A DNA stretch of 64,000 nt from Prorocentrum cordatum (lineage: Eukaryota): NCBI GenBank assembly GCA_963575745.1, contig CAUYUJ010000002.1, positions 1,674,001 to 1,738,000 of the forward strand. The letters run 5' to 3'. The translations under genes and the position numbers were made by a program. The notes beneath the pieces were generated by a model. It did no database searches and had not been told where the DNA came from. It worked only from the letters and a program-made list of their open reading frames with translations. Below, piece after piece: positions 1 through 11,951 of the stretch. Numbering within the stretch: the stretch's first letter is position 1; every line of letters begins with the position of its first letter.

Positions 1-21
1 CCTCGTCGTAGCCGTTCGCCG

Positions 22-29
22 CCACGACG

Positions 30-64
<35 letters not shown>

Positions 65-201
65 AGCCCTCCGCCCGCACCGCAGGCGCGCGCGCGCGGC
101 AGACAACCCGCCGCACCGGGCGGCGAGCAGGCGGCCACGGCCAGGGCGGCCGCGAGGCGCGCGGGCCGCGCGGGCCGCGGGGGCCGCGGGGGACACGGGG
201 C

Positions 202-238
<37 letters not shown>

Positions 239-264
239 TGTCGACGTTCGGCAAACGACGACGA

Positions 265-322
<58 letters not shown>

Positions 323-335
323 GACGACGACTACG
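22..335. repeat. (GAC)n / (CACGAC)n microsatellites in GC-rich low-complexity DNA
   Basis: Runs of acgacc and gacgac are directly visible at 25-63 and 208-335. Confidence 0.9.
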
Positions 336-1179
336 AGACGACCACGGCCCTGAGATCAAGGCGTCGGGGAGAGGTCACGGCGGGCGATTCTGCGCCGTGC
401 AGGGCCCCCCTGGGGGGACGCTCAGGGATCGGAGAGGGCCGCACGGAGACGGGGGCAAGAGCTTCAGCTGCGTTTCTGCACGACGCTGTGGTTTTTCCCC
501 TGCGTCGGGCACTCGCTTTGAGTACAGCACTGCTCATTCATTCTCTGTCCGCCCCTCCTCATTCCTCATCCTCCTCTTACTCCTCGTTGCCTACTCGTTT
601 CCTCTCTAGTTCCTCATCGCTTATCCGTAAGAGCTTCGCCCCTGCCGACGGCCCCCTCTCTATCATAATGGGATCTATCAGAGTCGCGGCGGTGCGTCTC
701 GGCGCTGCCTTTGCGCATCTGGGAACATCGTGCGGGGGCGGATAGGAATCATCAGCGCATGCTGAGACGTTGGCGTTATCGAAGTCGCCTACGGCGAATC
801 ACCGCCGCCCCTTGCCCTTTTGGAAGCGCCTGCGTTGCCGAAAGGTGCGTTTGAGCTTGGCCAAGCTATCGGGCCACGTGTTCTCCGAGTGGGTTTCGAA
901 AGCATTCGGGGAACACGGAGTCGGGCGGGCTATCGGACAAGGTGGTTTCCGAGCTTTCGGGCCTCCTGGAGGACGTCTTGGAGGGGTCTTGGGCCGTCTT
1001 GGAGGCCTCTGGCGGGCTTTTTGGGTAGTCTACGGCCATCTTCACGCCATTTTTTCTCGGAGAGGGCTTAGGCCCAGGGTTCTCTTTTAGAAGTTTACCC
1101 CCGGACCTGACTTGAGGTGGGCCGGCGGAATTATTCCCCGATAAATATCGATGTCGAGGTGGGGCGGCGGAATTATTTT

Positions 1180-1610
1180 TGAGGATGCCCCTAATTAGCG
1201 AAACGCTTGTTTTTCAGAATGTGTTGAGGATGTCTCGAGCGAAACGCTTGTTTTGTATTATAGCTTGTCCTCTCCTGGGGACCTGAGTTCAGAGGATCTC
1301 TCAAGTGAAATGCTTGTTTTCACGTGCCCAGGTCTTGAGGATGTCTCGAGCGAGACGCTTGGTTTCACGCCTCCAGGTTGCCCAGACAGATGTCTAGCAT
1401 GAGGATTTGTTGAGGATGTCTCGAACCAGAGGCTTGTTTTCACGTGTCCAGGTCGCCCAGGCGGATGTCTAGCATGAGGATGTGTCGAGAAAGTCTCGAT
1501 CGAGACGCTCGTTTGCACGTGTCCAGGTCGCCCAGGCGGACGTCTAGCATGAGGATGTGCTGAGAACCGCTTGAGCGAAACGCGTGTTTTCACGTGTCCA
1601 GGTCGCCCAG
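1180..1610 (+). repeat. Array of the GAGGATGTCTCGAGCGAAACGCTTGTTTT repeat unit
   Basis: A ~29-nt core recurs with variable, mutually related linkers. The same family occurs at 5020-5545, 8340-8610, 10765-11705 and 21457-21590. Confidence 0.85.
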
Positions 1611-2155
1611 GCACAGCACAGCCCTCGGCACGGTACATCAATATCGATACTTCTAGCACTGCAGCCTGGCATGTTGCCTGGCACGTTCCGCGGAGCGTCC
1701 CGTGGCGAGTCCCCCTGGCACGTCGCGCGGTGCACGTCCATTGGCACGTTCCGTAGCGCGTCCCCTCGGCACGTCCCGCGGTGCGTCCTCGTGGCACGTC
1801 CCCTAGCACGTCGCCTGGCGCGTCCCTTGGGACGTTCCGCGGCGCGTCCTCCTGGCATGTCCCCCTGTCCATTGGACCTGGGCCAGCTACTATGTGCTGA
1901 GGCAGCTCGAGCTGAAGATCCAGATCAGTTCGGTCAGGACTCGGATGCAAAGGAGGACTCGATCCACAACGCTATAGAGCACAATCGCGGCATGGCACAT
2001 CGCAGTTCAGCACAGCGCAGCACAGCACAGCCCTCGGCACGATACATCAACATCGATACATTCAGCATTGCATTTGCCCGTCGTCCAATCAGGTGTCTCT
2101 GAAACGTTGCCATGCCTTACATTTCTATATTCCTTTCCGGGTTCGTGGGTCAATC
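1610..2155 (+). repeat. Dispersed composite repeat module (GGCACGTCC units + GCTGAAGATCCAGATCAGTTCGGTCAGGACTCGGATG block + CACAG units)
   Basis: Closely similar copies occur at 6615-7450 (two) and 21590-22015. Confidence 0.8.
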
Positions 2156-2159
2156 ATGT

Positions 2160-4705
2160 TGGGCCCCCCGTCTTGGGTGCATCTTCGGGCCATCTGAGCC
2201 GTCTGGACGGCCATCTTGGGCGTCTTGGAGACATCGTGGAGGCCAACTTGGCCGTCTTGGAGGCCATCTTGGCCATCTTGGGGGCCTCTTGGGCAGTCTT
2301 GGGGCCTTCTTGGGGCCTCTTGGGAGCCTCTTGGGAGCCTCTTGGGCTGTCATGGGGTCATCTTGAAGGCCTCTTGGGGGCTCTTGGGACGATGTTGGGG
2401 GTCTCTTGGGCCGTCTTGGGCCGTCGGAGAGCTGAAAAGAAGAACATGCCAAAGTCATTCGAACACCATTGGACAATCAAGGATTTTGGCCCTGTCGGGC
2501 TTTCCTGGGAGACGTCTTAGAGGGCTCTCGGGCCGTTTTGGAAGCCTATTGCGGGCCTATAGGGCCGTCTTAGGCCATCTTGAGGCAATATTGGGGCGTC
2601 TTGGGTGCTTCTTCGGGCCATCTTACCCGTCTCGACAGATATCTTGGGCGTCTTGGAGGCATCTTGGAAGCCAATTTGGCTGTCATGGAGGCCATCTTGG
2701 GCGTCTTGGGGGCCTCTTGGGCCGTCTTGGGGCCGTCTTGGGGGCCTCTTGGGCTGTCATGGGGCCATCTTGAAGGCCTCTTGGGGGCTCTTGGGACGAT
2801 GTTGGGGGTCTCTTGGGCCGTCTTGGGCCATCGGGGAGCCGAAAAGGAGCAAAAGCCAAAGTCCTTCGAACAACATGAGGACATCAATGATGTTGGCCCT
2901 GTCGGGCCTTCCGGGATAATGTCTTGGAGGGCTCTTGGGCCGTCTCGAGTGCTTCTTCGGGCCATCTTGAGGCAATACTGTTGGGCCGTCTTGGGTGCTC
3001 CTTCGGGCCATCTTACCCGTCTTGACGGCCATCTTGGGCGTTTCGGAGGCATCTTGGAGGCCAACTTGGCCATCTTGGGCGCCTTTGGGGCCTTTTGGAC
3101 CGTCTTGGAGCCTTCTTGGGGCCGTCTTGGGGGCCTCTTGGGCTCATGGGGCCATCTTGGAGGCCTCTTAGACGCTCTTGGGTCGATGTTGGGGACCGCT
3201 TGGGCCGTCTTGGGCAGTCGGAGAGCCGAAAAGGAGCAAAAGCCGAAATCCTTCAAACACCTATGGGAAATCAATAATCTTAACCCTGTCGGGCCTTCCG
3301 GGAGGACGTCTTGGAGGGCTCTTGGGCCGTCTTGGAGGCCTCTTGAGGGCCTTTGGGGCAGTCGTAGGCCATCTTGAGGCAGCATTGGGCCGTCTTGGGT
3401 GTATCTTGGAGCCATCTTGGCCGTCTTGGAGGCCAATTTGGCCGTCTTGGAGGCCTCTTGGTGGCCATCTTGGGAGTCTTGGAGGCCATCTGGGGCTTCT
3501 TTGAGGCCTCTTGGGCCTTCTTGGGGCCTTCTTGGGGCCGTCTTGGGGGCCTCTTGGGCCGTCCTGGGGCCGTCTTGGAGGCTTCTTGGGCACTCTTGGG
3601 GCGATCTTGATGGCCTGTTGGGCACTCTTGGGCCGTCGGATTCCGAAAAGGAACAAAAGCCAACATCATGTTCAAACAACCTATGGCAAATCAATGACTT
3701 TGACCTAGTCGGGTCGTCCTTGAGGACCCTGGAGGACCTCTTCGAGGCCTCTTGGGCCGTCTTGGAGGCCTCTTGGAGGCCTCTGGGGCCGTTTTGGGCA
3801 ATCTTAGGTGTTTCTTGTGCGAACTTGGACGCATCCTTGACTTTCTTGGGCCGTCTTTGAGGCCATCTTGGATCATCTCGGGCGAACTTGGAGGCCATCT
3901 TGGAGCCGTCTGAAGCCGAGCAACCTCTTGCAGCCACCTTTGGCGCACCCCTCTGGGTGGCCGGCGGGACGGGCCGAAGCCCCAGTGGGAGATTTTTTCT
4001 GAAAAAAGAACCAAAACCAAAATCGAAAGGATCTTGAGCCGTCGGAAGGCCGAAAAGTCGAAAATGCCAAAATCCTGCAACCACCTATGGAATATCAATG
4101 ATGTTGGCCTCTTCGGACCCTCCTGGAGGACCTCTTGGAGGCCTCTAGGGCCGTCTTGGAGCCATCTTGGAGGCCTCTTGGGCCGTCTTAGGCCATCTGG
4201 ATGCCATATCAGGTCGTCTTGGGTGCATATTGGGCCGTGTTGTATGCATCTTGGGGCCATCTTAGCAGTCTTGGAGGCATCTTGGGCGTCTTGGAGGCCT
4301 CTTGGGCCGTCTTGGGGCCCTCTTGGGGGCATCTTGGGGGCCTCTTGGGCCGTCATGGGGCCACCTTGGAGACCTCCTGGGCGATCTTAGGGCGATCTTG
4401 GGTGCCCCTTGGGCCGTCGGAAGGCCGAAACAGCGAGAATGCCAACATCCTTCAAAAACCTAAGGAGCATCAATGATGTTGACCTCTTCGGGCCCTCCTG
4501 GAGGACCTCTTGGAGGCCTCTAGGGCCGTCTTGGAGGCCTCTCTGGGGACTCTTGGGCAGTCTTGGGCCATCTTGGGGCTATCTTAGGCCGTCTTGGGTG
4601 CATCTTGGGCAGTCTTGGAGGCATATTGGGAACATCTGAGCCGTCTTGGATGCCATCTTGGCAGTCTCGGAGACATCTTGGAGGCAATCTTGGGCCATCT
4701 TGACC
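2160..4705 (+). repeat. Degenerate TCTTGG-based satellite (TCTTGGGCCG / TCTTGGAGGCC / CCATCTTGG units) with interspersed A-rich modules
   Basis: TCTTGG recurs every ~9-12 nt with strong strand bias. This produces many spurious LG/WA/PR-rich ORFs. Confidence 0.9.
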
Positions 4706-5019
4706 GAAAAAAATTAGGATTGATGTCCTGGGCAATCTTTCCGTGTGGCCAGCGGGACGGGCCGTAGACAAAGAACCAAAACCCAAATCGCAAGGGTCCA
4801 GCACGCCAGGCAGCCCTGCGATGAATCGACAGGGGGCGGAGAATCGAAGACGCCCACGGCGAATCACCGCCGCCCCCTGCTTTTTTCCCAGAGAGGGCGC
4901 CGGCCCAGGGTTCTCTTTTAGTCGGTAAACCTATCCCCGGTGCCTCAACTGAGGTGGGCTGGCGGATTCTTTCTTTGATAAGTACAGAGGTCGAGGTGGG
5001 CCGGCGGATTAAAATTTGA

Positions 5020-5545
5020 GGATGTCTCAGGCGAAACGCTTGTTTTTGAAATCCCGATCGATAAATCACAGGGTGCGGGCCACTCTTTTCGTGTGTTGAG
5101 GATGTCTCGAGCGAAACGCTTGCTCCGCAGAGTTACCGAGGATGTCTCAAGCGAAGCGCTTGTTTTGTAGAACTTGAGGGATCTGGGCGCCCCAGAGATT
5201 TGTCTTCTCCAGGTGCACGAACCCGTGTGTTTTTACGTATGTGCCTGTAGATTTGCCTTCTCCAGGTGCACGAATCCATGGTTTGCGATGAATAATGAAT
5301 TTGAAGGAGGCCGGCGGAATTTCTGTTGAGGACGTCTCAGGCGAAACGCTTGTTGTTTTCAGAATTTGTTGAGGATGTCTCGAGCGAAACGCTGGTTTTG
5401 CAGAGTTGGGGGATCCAGAGGAAGTCTCAGGCGAAATGCTTGTTTTCACGTCCCGCTCGCAGGAATTCCGAGGATGTCTCGCGCGTGCCGCGTCCCGCGC
5501 GCAGGAATTTCGAGGATGTCTCGGCTTGTTTTTCCAGGATTTCCT
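5020..5545 (+). repeat. GAGGATGTCTCGAGCGAAACGC repeat array
   Basis: Same core unit as 1180-1610. Confidence 0.8.
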
Positions 5546-5554
5546 TGGCCACAC

Positions 5555-6610
5555 AGGGGTGTATCTAGCATGTTCTGCCCGAGCTGGAACCACCTCGCTT
5601 CACGTGTCCAGGGCACCCAGGTGGGTATCTAACATGGTGGTCCCGAGCTGGTACCACGTTTCCCGTGTCCTGGCCACACAGGTGGGTATCTGACATGGTG
5701 GTCCCGCGCTGGAGCCACGTGTTTTCACGTGTACAGGCCACCCAGGTGGGTATCTAACATGTTGGTCCCGAGCTGGAACCACGTGTTTCACCTGTCGAGG
5801 CCACCCAGGGGGTGTCTAAGATGGTGGTCCCGCGCTGGAACCATGTGTTTTCACATGCCCAGGTCGCCCAGAGGGTGTATCTAACGTGGTGGCCCCGCGC
5901 TGGAACCGCGTGTTTTCACGTGTCCACGCCACCCAGGGGGGTATCTAACATGGTGGTCCTGAGCTGGAACCGCGTGCTTTTACGTGTCCAAGCCACCCAT
6001 GAGGTATCTAACATGGTGGTCCCAAGCTGGAACCACATGTTTTCGCGTGCCCAGGCCACCCAGGGGGTATCTAACATGGTTGTCCCTCGCTGGAACCACG
6101 TGTTTTCACGTGTACAGGCCACCCAGGTGAGTATCTAATATGGTGGTCCTGAACTGGAACCGCGTGTTTTCACGTGTCCACGCCACCCAGGGGGGTATCT
6201 AACATGGTGGTCCCTCGCTGGAACCACGTGTTTTCACGTGTCCAGGCCACTCAGGGGGTATCTAACATGGGCCTCCTGGATCCTTCCTGGGACTCGGAAC
6301 GGAACGTCGAGAGTTCATTTGTATGTAGTATCGATCGATTCGTTTACTTTTTGGCCTCCAGGCGCCTTTGGGCGTTCTTGGGCCCTCCTGCGCTTCAGAC
6401 TACCGCATGTTAGATATCCCCCCTGGGTGGGCTGGACCATGTGTTTTTACCTGTGCAGGCCACCCAGGGGGGTATCTAACATGGTGGTCCCGAGCTGGAA
6501 CCATATGTTTTTACGTATCCAGGCCACCCAGGGGGGCACCATGTGTTTTTAGGTGTCCGGGCCATCCAGGGGGATATCTAACATGGTTGCCCCGAGCAAG
6601 GACCACGCAT
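5555..6610 (+). repeat. ~62-bp tandem repeat (GGTATCTAACATGGTGGTCCCGAGCTGGAACCACGTGTTTTCACGTGTCCAGGCCACCCAGG)
   Basis: GGTATCT recurs at 5624, 5685, 5749 and onward. The array is interrupted around 6270-6420. Confidence 0.9.
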
Positions 6611-7539
6611 TTTAACGTTCCGTAGCGCGTCCCCTCGGCACGTCCCGCGGTGCGTCTTCGTGGCAAATCCCTTGGCACGTCGCCTGGCGCGTCCTTTGGG
6701 AAGTTCCGCGGCACGTCCTCCTGGCATGTTCGCCTGTCAATTAGCTCTGGGGCAGCTACTATGTGCTGAGGCAGCTCGAGCTGAAGATCCAGATCAGTTC
6801 GGTCAGGACTCGGATGTAAAGGAGGACTCGATCCACAACGCTGTAGAGCACAATCGCGGCATGGCACATCGCAGTTCAGCACAGCGCAGCACAGCACAGC
6901 CCTCGGCACGGTACATCAAGATCGATACACTCAGCATTGCAACCTGGCACGTTCCGTGGCGCGTCCCGTGGCGAGTCCCCCTGGCACGTCGCGCGGCGCG
7001 TCCCTTGGCACGTCCCGTGGCACGTCCATTGGCACGTTCCGTAGCGCGTCCCCTCGGTACGTCCCGCAGTGTGCCTTCGTGGCAAATCCCTTGGCACGTC
7101 GCCTAGCGCGTCCCTTCGGACGTTCCGCGACGCGTCCTCCTGGCATGTTCGCCTGTCAATTAGCTCTGGGGCAGCTACCATGTGCTGAGGCAGCTCGAGC
7201 TTAAGATCCAGATCAGTTCGGTCAGGATTCGGATGCTAAGGAGGATTCGATCCACAACGCTATAGAGCACACTCGCGGCATGGCACATCGCAATTCAGCG
7301 CGGCGCTGCACAGCACAGCCCTCGGCACGGTATATCAAGATCGATGCACTCAGCATTGCGTTTGCCCGTCGCCCAATCAGGTGTCTTTGAAACGTTGTCA
7401 TGCCTTACATGTCTATATTCCTTTTCCGGGTTCGTGGATCGATCATGTTGGAAGCGTTTGTGTGGCCGAACGTTGAGGCCAGACCTGCCAAGCTATCGGA
7501 CCATGTGTTCCCCGAATCGGTTTGGAAAGCCTTCGGGGA

Positions 7540-8160
7540 ACACGTGGGCATCTTGAAGGTCATCTTGGCCGCCTGGAGGCCATTTTGACCCTTTCGGGCC
7601 TTCTTGGGGGACGTCGTTGAGGGCTCTTGGGCCGTCTTGGAGGCCGTCTTGAGCGTCTTGGAGGCCTCGTGGGCCGTCTTGGGGGCCTCTTGAGGCCGTC
7701 TTGGGCCTCTTGGGCGATTTTTGGGGGCACTTGGGCCGTCTCGGGCCGTCGGAAGGCAGAAACCAAGCAAGTGCCACACTCCTTCAACAACTCATGGGAA
7801 ATCAATGATTGTGGCCTTTTCGGGCCTTCCTGGAGACCCTCTTGGAGGCCTCTTGGGCCGTCTTGGGCCATCTTGGTGCCATCTTCGGCCGTCTTGGTGG
7901 GCCCCTTGCCCGTCCAACGCCGTCGGAAGCCGTATGGGGGGCCTCTCTGAGCCGACTTGGGGTCCTCTTAGAATGCCTCAGGGCAGTCTTGGAGGCCATC
8001 TTGGGCGTCTTAAAAGACTCCTGGGCCGTCTTGCGGGCCTCTTCGGGCCGTCTTGGGAGCCTCTTGGGCCGTTCTGGGGCCATCGTGGAGGCCTCTTGGG
8101 CGATCTTTGGGCGATCTCTGGGGGCTCTTGGGCCGTATCTGGCCGTCGGAAGGCCGAAAC
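7540..8160 (+). repeat. TCTTGG satellite block
   Basis: Same family as 2160-4705, closely similar to 23600-24210. Confidence 0.85.
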
Positions 8161-8609
8161 GAAGCAAATGTCACACTCTTTCAAACACCAATGGGAAATC
8201 AGTGTTTTTCCCGGAAAGGGCTGGGGCCCAGGGTTCTCTTTTAGTAGGTAAACCTGTCCCCCGGTGCCAACTTGAAGGAGGCCGGCGGATTTTTTCCCTG
8301 ATAAATATCGAGGTCGAAGGAGGCCGGCGAATTAAAATTTGAGGATGTCTCGAGCGAAACGCTTGTTTTTGAAATCCCGATCGATAAATCACAGGGTGCG
8401 GGCCACTTTTTCGTGTGTTGAGGATGTCTCGAGCGAAACGCTTGCTCCGCAGAGTTTGCCGAGGATGTCTCGAGCGAAACGCTTGTTTTGCAGAGCCGAC
8501 CGCGACGCGGAAAAGCGCCCCGCGCGAAGGAATTTCGATGATGTCTCGACTAATTCCTTTGTTTTTGTACGATTTCCTGGAATTTTGGCAGGATGTCTCG
8601 AGCGAAATG

Positions 8610-9292
8610 CACGACCCCACCCTAGCACGACCATACCCCAGCACGACCACACCCCAGCACGACCAGACCCCAGCACGACCCCACCCCAGCACGACCCCAC
8701 CCCAGCACGACCATACCCCAGCACGACCACACCCCAGCACGACCCGACCCCAGCACGACCCTACCCCAGCAAGACCACACCCCATCACGACACGACCACA
8801 CCCAGCACGACCACCCCAGCACGACCACGCCCCAGCACGACCGCCCCAGCACGACCACGCCCCAGACCACACCCCAGCACGACCACCCCCCAGCACGACC
8901 ACCCCCCAGCACGACCCAGCACGACCAGCACCCACACCCCAGCACGACCACTCCCCAGCACGACCACACCCCAGCACGACCACACCCCAGCACGACCACA
9001 CCCCAGCACGACCACACCCCAGCACGACCCCACCCCAGCACGACCCCACCCCAGCACGACCCCACCCTAGCAAGACCACACCCCAGCACGACCACACCCC
9101 AGCACGACCTCACCACAGCACGACCACACCCCAGCACGACCACGCCCCAGCACGACCACGCCCCAGCACGACCACGCCCCAGCACAACCACCCCCCAGCA
9201 CGACCACCCCCCCAGCACGACCACACCCCAGCACGACCACCCCCCAGCACGACCACACCCCAGCACGACCACTCCCCAGCACGACCACACCG
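8610..9292 (+). repeat. ~16-bp minisatellite (CCCCAGCACGACCACA)n
   Basis: Directly visible tandem array. Confidence 0.95.
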
Positions 9293-9317
9293 CCTTGGTT
9301 GAGTGGTTGCCTGTCGT

Positions 9318-9475
9318 CGTGGAATGTTTCGTGGGGTGTCTCGTGGAATGTTTCGCGGGGTGTCTCCTGGAATGTTTCGTGAGGTGTCTCGCGGAATGTT
9401 TCGTGAGGTGTCTCGTGGGATGTTTCGTGAGGTGTCTCGTGGGATGTTTCGTGAGGTGTTGCGTGAGGTGTTGCC
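9318..9475 (+). repeat. 24-bp tandem repeat (GGAATGTTTCGTGAGGTGTCTCGT)n
   Basis: About six tandem copies are visible. Confidence 0.9.
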
Positions 9476-9559
9476 CCGTTGGGTATCGTGAAAACGTGCC
9501 CATGCTCCACATGTCTATATCCCTTTCCGGGTTCGTGGGTCCATCATGTTTGCTTTTCT

Positions 9560-10630
9560 GGCCTTCCTGAGGGCCCTCTTTGAGGCCTCTTGGGCCGTCT
9601 TGGGCCAGCTTCGAGCCAACGGAAACTGTTTGGGGGGCCTTTCTGGGCCGACTTGGGGCCCTCTGGGGGTGCTCCAGGGCCATCTTAGATGCCATCTTGG
9701 GCGTCTTGGAGGCCTCTTGGGTTGTCTTTGTGCCCTCTTGGGGCCGTCGTGGGGGCCTCTTGGGCAGTCCTGAGGCCATCTTGGAGGCCTCTTGGGCGCT
9801 GTAGGGGCGATCTTGGGGGCCTCTTGGGCCGTCTTGGGTCGTCGGAAAGCCGAGAAGAAGCGAATGCCAAAATCCTTCAAAAACCTAAGGAGCATAGATG
9901 ATTTTGGCCTCTTCGGGCCCTCCTGGAGGACCTCTTGGAGGCCCCCTGGGCCGACCTCTGGGGGGCCTCTTGGGCCGTCTTGGACTCTCTTGGGCCGTCT
10001 TGGAGGCCGTCTTGGACCATCTTGGGCGAGCTTGGAGGCCATCGGAGGCCATCTTGAAGGCCATCTTGGGCCAACGTGGCCATCTTGGAGGACATGTTGA
10101 GCCGTCTTGGAGGAACAAGTGTGCAATTCGGCACCTTTCCGTGTGGCTGGCTGGACGGGCCGAAGCCCCAGGGGGGGTTCTTTTAGACAAAGAACCAAAA
10201 CCCTAACCGAAGGGTCCAGCGCGCCAGGCACCCTTGCGATGAGTAGACAGGGGGCGGCGGATCGAAGACGCCTACAGGGAATCACCGCCGCTCCCTGCCT
10301 TCGTGGAAGCGCCTATGTGGCCGAAAGTTGGGTTAGAGCTTGGCCAAACTATCGGACCATGTTTTCCCCGAGTTTGTTTGGAACGCCTTCGGGGAACACG
10401 TGGTCGAGGAAGAGGAGGATCATGAGGAAAAAAGAGAACGGGGGAGGAGGCCTCTTCGGAACCTCTTGAGACACTCTTAGGCTCGATTGGGCCATCTTGG
10501 CGGTCTTGGAGGCATCCTGAGGCCGCCTTGGCGGCCACATCGGGCCATCTTGGGCTCTCTTGGGGCCTCTTGGGTGTCTCTTGGGGGCCTTTGGGCGCCT
10601 CTTGGGGGCCTCTTTGGCCGTCTTGGGTTT
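9560..10630 (+). repeat. TCTTGG satellite block with hairpin-bearing module
   Basis: Same family as above. It contains CCATCTTGGGCCAACGTGGCCATC (~10063-10084), the uninterrupted version of element B's insertion site. Confidence 0.85.
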
Positions 10631-10764
10631 GTTCCCGGAAAGGGTTCCGTCCCAGCGTTCTCTTTTAGTAGGTCAACTTGTTCCCGGTGCCATGCGGGAG
10701 GTGGGCCGGCGGAATTATTTCCTGATAATTTTCGAGGTCGAGGTGGGCCGGCGGAATTAATTGG

Positions 10765-11705
10765 GAGTGTCTCGAGCGAAACGCTTGTTTTTCTGAATTT
10801 GTTGAGGATGTCTCAGGCGAAACGCTGGTTTTGCAGAGTTGGGGATGTCTCGAGCGAAACGCTTGTTTTCAGAACTTGTTGAGGATTTCTCGAGCGAAAC
10901 GCTGGTTTTGCAGAGCCGACAGCGACGCGGAAAAGCGCTCCGCGCGCAAGAATTCCGAGGATGTCTCGCGCGTGCCGCGTCCCGCGCGCAGGAATTTGGA
11001 GGATGTCTCGACTAATTCGTTTGTTTTGCCATGATGTCTTGGGATTTTGTGAGGATGTCTCGAGCGAAACGTTTGTTGTTCATAATTTGTTGAGGATGTC
11101 TCGAGCGAAACGCTGGTTTTGCAAAATTTGGGGATGCCTCGAGCGGGGGCCTCGTGGGGGGCCAGAATTCAGAGTATGCCTCAAGCAAAATGCTTGTTTT
11201 CACGTTCCGCTCGCAGGAATTCCGAGGATGTCTCGCGCGTGCCGCGTCCCGCGCGCAGGAATTTTGAGGATGTCTAAACTAATTAAAGTGTTTTGCCAGG
11301 GTTTCTTGGGATTTTGACAGGATGTCTCGAGCGAATAGCTTGTTTTCATACTTTGAGGATGTCTCGAGTGAAACGCTGGTTTTGCAAATTTTTGGGATGT
11401 CTCGAGCGGAGGCCTCGTGGAGGGCTAGAATTCAGGGGATGTCTCAGTCAAAATGCTTGTTTTCACGTCCCGCTCGCAGGAATTCCGAGGATGTCTCGCG
11501 CGTGCCGCGTCCCGCGCGCAGGAATTTTGAGGATGTCTTGACTAATTCGTTTGTTTTGCTAGGATTTCTTTGAATTTTGGGAGGATGTCTCGAGCGAGCT
11601 GCTTGTTTTTTCATACTTTGTTGAGGATGTCTCGAGCGAAACGCTGGTCTTGCAAAATTTGGGGATGTCTCGAGCGGGGACCTCGTGGGGGGCCAGAATT
11701 CAGAG
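10765..11705 (+). repeat. GAGGATGTCTCGAGCGAAACGC array, interrupted by element A and resuming at 21457
   Basis: Joining 11705 to 21461 restores a unit (CCAGAATTCAGAG|GATGTCTCAGG..AAATGCTTGTTTTCACG) like those at ~11162 and ~11428. Confidence 0.85.
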
Positions 11706-11812
11706 TGTGAATGCCATCCAGATTTTAATCCCTAGGTTCAGCGTTTGGAGAGTCCGACCGTTTCGCGTTCTGGCTCAAGGGAAAAACATCCCAGGGGCGA
11801 TCTGCTGCCACA
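11706..11812 (+). repeat. Element A 5' LTR
   Basis: TGTGAATGCC...CTGCCACA, identical to 21350-21456. Confidence 0.97.
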
Positions 11813-11814
11813 GT

Positions 11815-11826
11815 TGGTAGCGGAGC
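11815..11826 (+). promoter_or_regulatory. Primer-binding site, initiator tRNA-Met-like
   Basis: TGGTAGCGGAGC lies 2 nt after the LTR and is complementary to a ...GCUCCGCUACCA tRNA 3' end. The same 12-mer is present in elements B and C. Confidence 0.85.
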
Positions 11827-11951
11827 GGGGTGACCCCGCTTCGGGCCCATGGGAGCTCCGGCGCGGCGCTGAGGAGGCGCTGTCCAGGAAGCTCTCGAGC
11901 GCCCGGAGCGAGGACCTCGCTTCCAGGTCCGACTGGCGTGGAGATCCACGG

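Noticed and set aside
2068..4867. Long ORFs (up to 504 aa) in the TCTTGG satellite, also at 7400-10900, 21900-24900 and 41400-44800
   Set aside because: They are products of stop-poor repeats, open in several frames on both strands, with no domain motifs.
10765..11705. CRISPR-like array of GAGGATGTCTCGAGCGAAACGC repeats
   Set aside because: The linkers are irregular in length and repeat one another, the repeats are degenerate, there are no cas genes, and the context is eukaryotic.
11745..11951. Element A ORF extension through LTR/PBS
   Set aside because: It starts at TTG with no comparative support (unlike B/C); the first ATG is at 11952.
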